From assembly GCA_963751345.1 (NCBI GenBank), contig CAVVUS010000032.1, forward strand, positions 1-64,000: a DNA stretch of 64,000 nucleotides, written 5' to 3'. Below, in pieces: positions 62,242 to 64,000 of the stretch; the stretch's first letter is position 1, and every line of letters begins with the position of its first letter. Made by a program: the position numbers and the translations under genes. Origin of the DNA: an uncultured Chloroflexia bacterium (GTDB taxonomy: Bacteria > Chloroflexota > Anaerolineae > B4-G1 > SLSP01). The notes beneath the pieces were generated by a model. It was not told where the DNA came from. It made no database searches and saw only the letters and a list, made by a program, of their open reading frames with translations.

Positions 62242-62286
62242 CTGCTACCCATCCACAAGGAAGTCTGTCGCCAGAGGCGTCGCTAC

Positions 62287-62998
62287 ATGCACCATAACAC
62301 CATAGAGATCACCGGTCTTAGCTACAACTACCCGGATGGCCGCCAAGCCCTCACGGACATCTCCCTCAAGATCGAGGCCGGCGAGAAAGTCGCCCTGATC
62401 GGCCCCAACGGTGCCGGCAAGTCCACCCTGCTTCTCCACCTCAACGGCCTGCTGCTGTCGCAGCGAGGTCAGGTCGACGCCTGTGGGTTGGCCGTCGACG
62501 AGAAGCACCTGGGCGCCGTCCGCGCCGCCGTCGGCCTCGTCTTCCAGGATCCCAATGACCAACTCTTCTCCCCCACCGTCTTCGACGACGTCGCCTTTGG
62601 CCCCATCTACCAGGGCCACCCGGCCGATGAGGTGCAGCGCCGTGTCGACCGAGGCCCTCACAGCGGTAGGGATGGAGGACTACGTCTCCCGCGCGAGCTA
62701 CCACCTCAGCCTGGGCGAGAAAAAGCGCATCGCCATCGCCACCGTGCTCACCATGCTGCCCGAGATCCTGGTGCTCGACGAGCCCTCCGCGGGTCTCGAC
62801 CCCCGCGCCCGCCGCGAGCTCATCGAGCTGCTCCACAGCCTCCAGCCGACCGAGCTCATCGCCACCCACGACCTCGCCCTCGTCCGCGATCTCTGCACCC
62901 GTACGATCATCATGGACCGGGGTCGTATCGTCGCCGATGGCCCCACAGACGAGCTGCTCGTCGACGAGGCGCTGCTCCTGGCCCACGGGTTGGCGTGA
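62287..62998 (+). CDS. cbiO: ECF transporter ATPase; frameshift near 62650
   Basis: GPNGAGKST, FQDPNDQLF, LSLGEKKR, LDEP, ATHD. Confidence 0.92.
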
Positions 62999-63109
62999 CC
63001 GGGTGGTGCTGCTTTGCCCCCTCCGGGGGCAGACGGCAACGGGGCTCTGCTACCCAACCACCCAGCATCTCCTATAATCAGCGCATAAGTCGTATCCCAG
63101 GAGGCTCGA

Positions 63110-64000
63110 ATGGACCGTGACACACTCTCCCATCTCCTGGCCGTCGCCCGGGGCGACGAGCCGGCCGACCTATTGCTCGCTGGCGGGCGCATTGTCAACG
63201 TCTTCACCGGCGAGGTCCTCGACGTTCAGGTCGCCATTGCGGGCGACACGATCGCAGCCGTCGGGAACGGCTACACCGGCAAACAGACGATCGACCTCGA
63301 CGGCGCGATCGTCGTCCCCGGCCTGATCGACGCCCACGTCCACGTCGAGTCCTCGATGTGCAGCCCGGTAGAGTTCGCCCGCGCGGTGCTGCCCCACGGC
63401 GTCACCACCGTCGTCACCGACCCCCACGAGATTGCCAACGTCGCCGGGGCCGCGGGCATCCGTTTCATGCTCGACGCCTCGCGCGGCCTCCCGCTCACGA
63501 TCTTCGTCAACCTCCCCTCGTGCGTTCCCGCAACACACATGGGCACCGCCGGCGCCGCCCTCGAGGCCGAGGACCTGATCGAGCTGAAGGATCTGGACCG
63601 GGTGATCGGGCTGGCCGAGTTCATGAATGTACCCGGCGCCGTTCTCGGTCTGCCCGGTGCCATCGACAAGCTTCTGGCCTTCCAGGATCGCCACATCGAC
63701 GGGCACGCGCCGGGGATCACCGGGAGTTGGCTGCAAGCCTACGTCGCAGCCGGCCCCTCGACCGACCACGAGAGCACCACCCCCGAGGAAGCGCTGGAGA
63801 AGGTGCGACTCGGGATGACCGTGCTGATGCGGGAAGCCACCTCCGCGCGCAACCTGCTCGATCTGCTGCCCGCGGTCACGCCCCAGAACGCCCGGCGCTT
63901 CGCCTTTGCCACCGACGACCGCCACCCGGCCGACCTGATCGACCATGGTAGCATCGACCACCACATCCGCCTGACCGTGGCCGCCGGACTCGACCCGCTG
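63110..64000 (+). CDS. ade: Adenine deaminase (runs off the window)
   Basis: AVARGDEPADL, PGLIDAHVHVESSM, DPHEIANV, PSCVPAT, GLAEFMN, DGHAP, TDHE, TDDRH. Confidence 0.94.
   Translation, partial: MDRDTLSHLLAVARGDEPADLLLAGGRIVNVFTGEVLDVQVAIAGDTIAAVGNGYTGKQTIDLDGAIVVPGLIDAHVHVESSMCSPVEFARAVLPHGVTTVVTDPHEIANVAGAAGIRFMLDASRGLPLTIFVNLPSCVPATHMGTAGAALEAEDLIELKDLDRVIGLAEFMNVPGAVLGLPGAIDKLLAFQDRHIDGHAPGITGSWLQAYVAAGPSTDHESTTPEEALEKVRLGMTVLMREATSARNLLDLLPAVTPQNARRFAFATDDRHPADLIDHGSIDHHIRLTVAAGLDPL

Overview
High-GC bacterial chromosomal segment. Gene content and style suggest Chloroflexota, probably Anaerolineae (inference): many GT-C membrane glycosyltransferases with C-terminal Ig-like domains, a secreted protein ending in a YxPxxxR-type motif, and several palindromic REP-like repeat families. 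Housekeeping genes include a KdpD/KdpE-like pair, glutaredoxin-nrdR-nrdJ, greA, rpsU-yqeY-pgpH-ybeY-dgkA, mutL, plsX, exonuclease-DinG, an ECF Ni/Co transporter and adenine deaminase. About 18 genes are broken by single-base frameshifts, most likely long-read consensus errors. The most unusual items are: (1) an Opp/Dpp-type ABC importer (48420-54703) whose substrate-binding lipoprotein is a clean circular permutation of the family-5 fold and whose OppC permease carries an inserted lobe resembling a family-3 binding protein; (2) a telA operon whose XpaC-like partner is fused to a plant-type LRR array via a membrane hairpin; (3) dispersed palindromic elements found both between genes and in-frame inside loops of GT-C genes. 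No rRNA, tRNA, CRISPR array, transposase or prophage was recognised. All calls come from reading motifs by eye; no database search was run.
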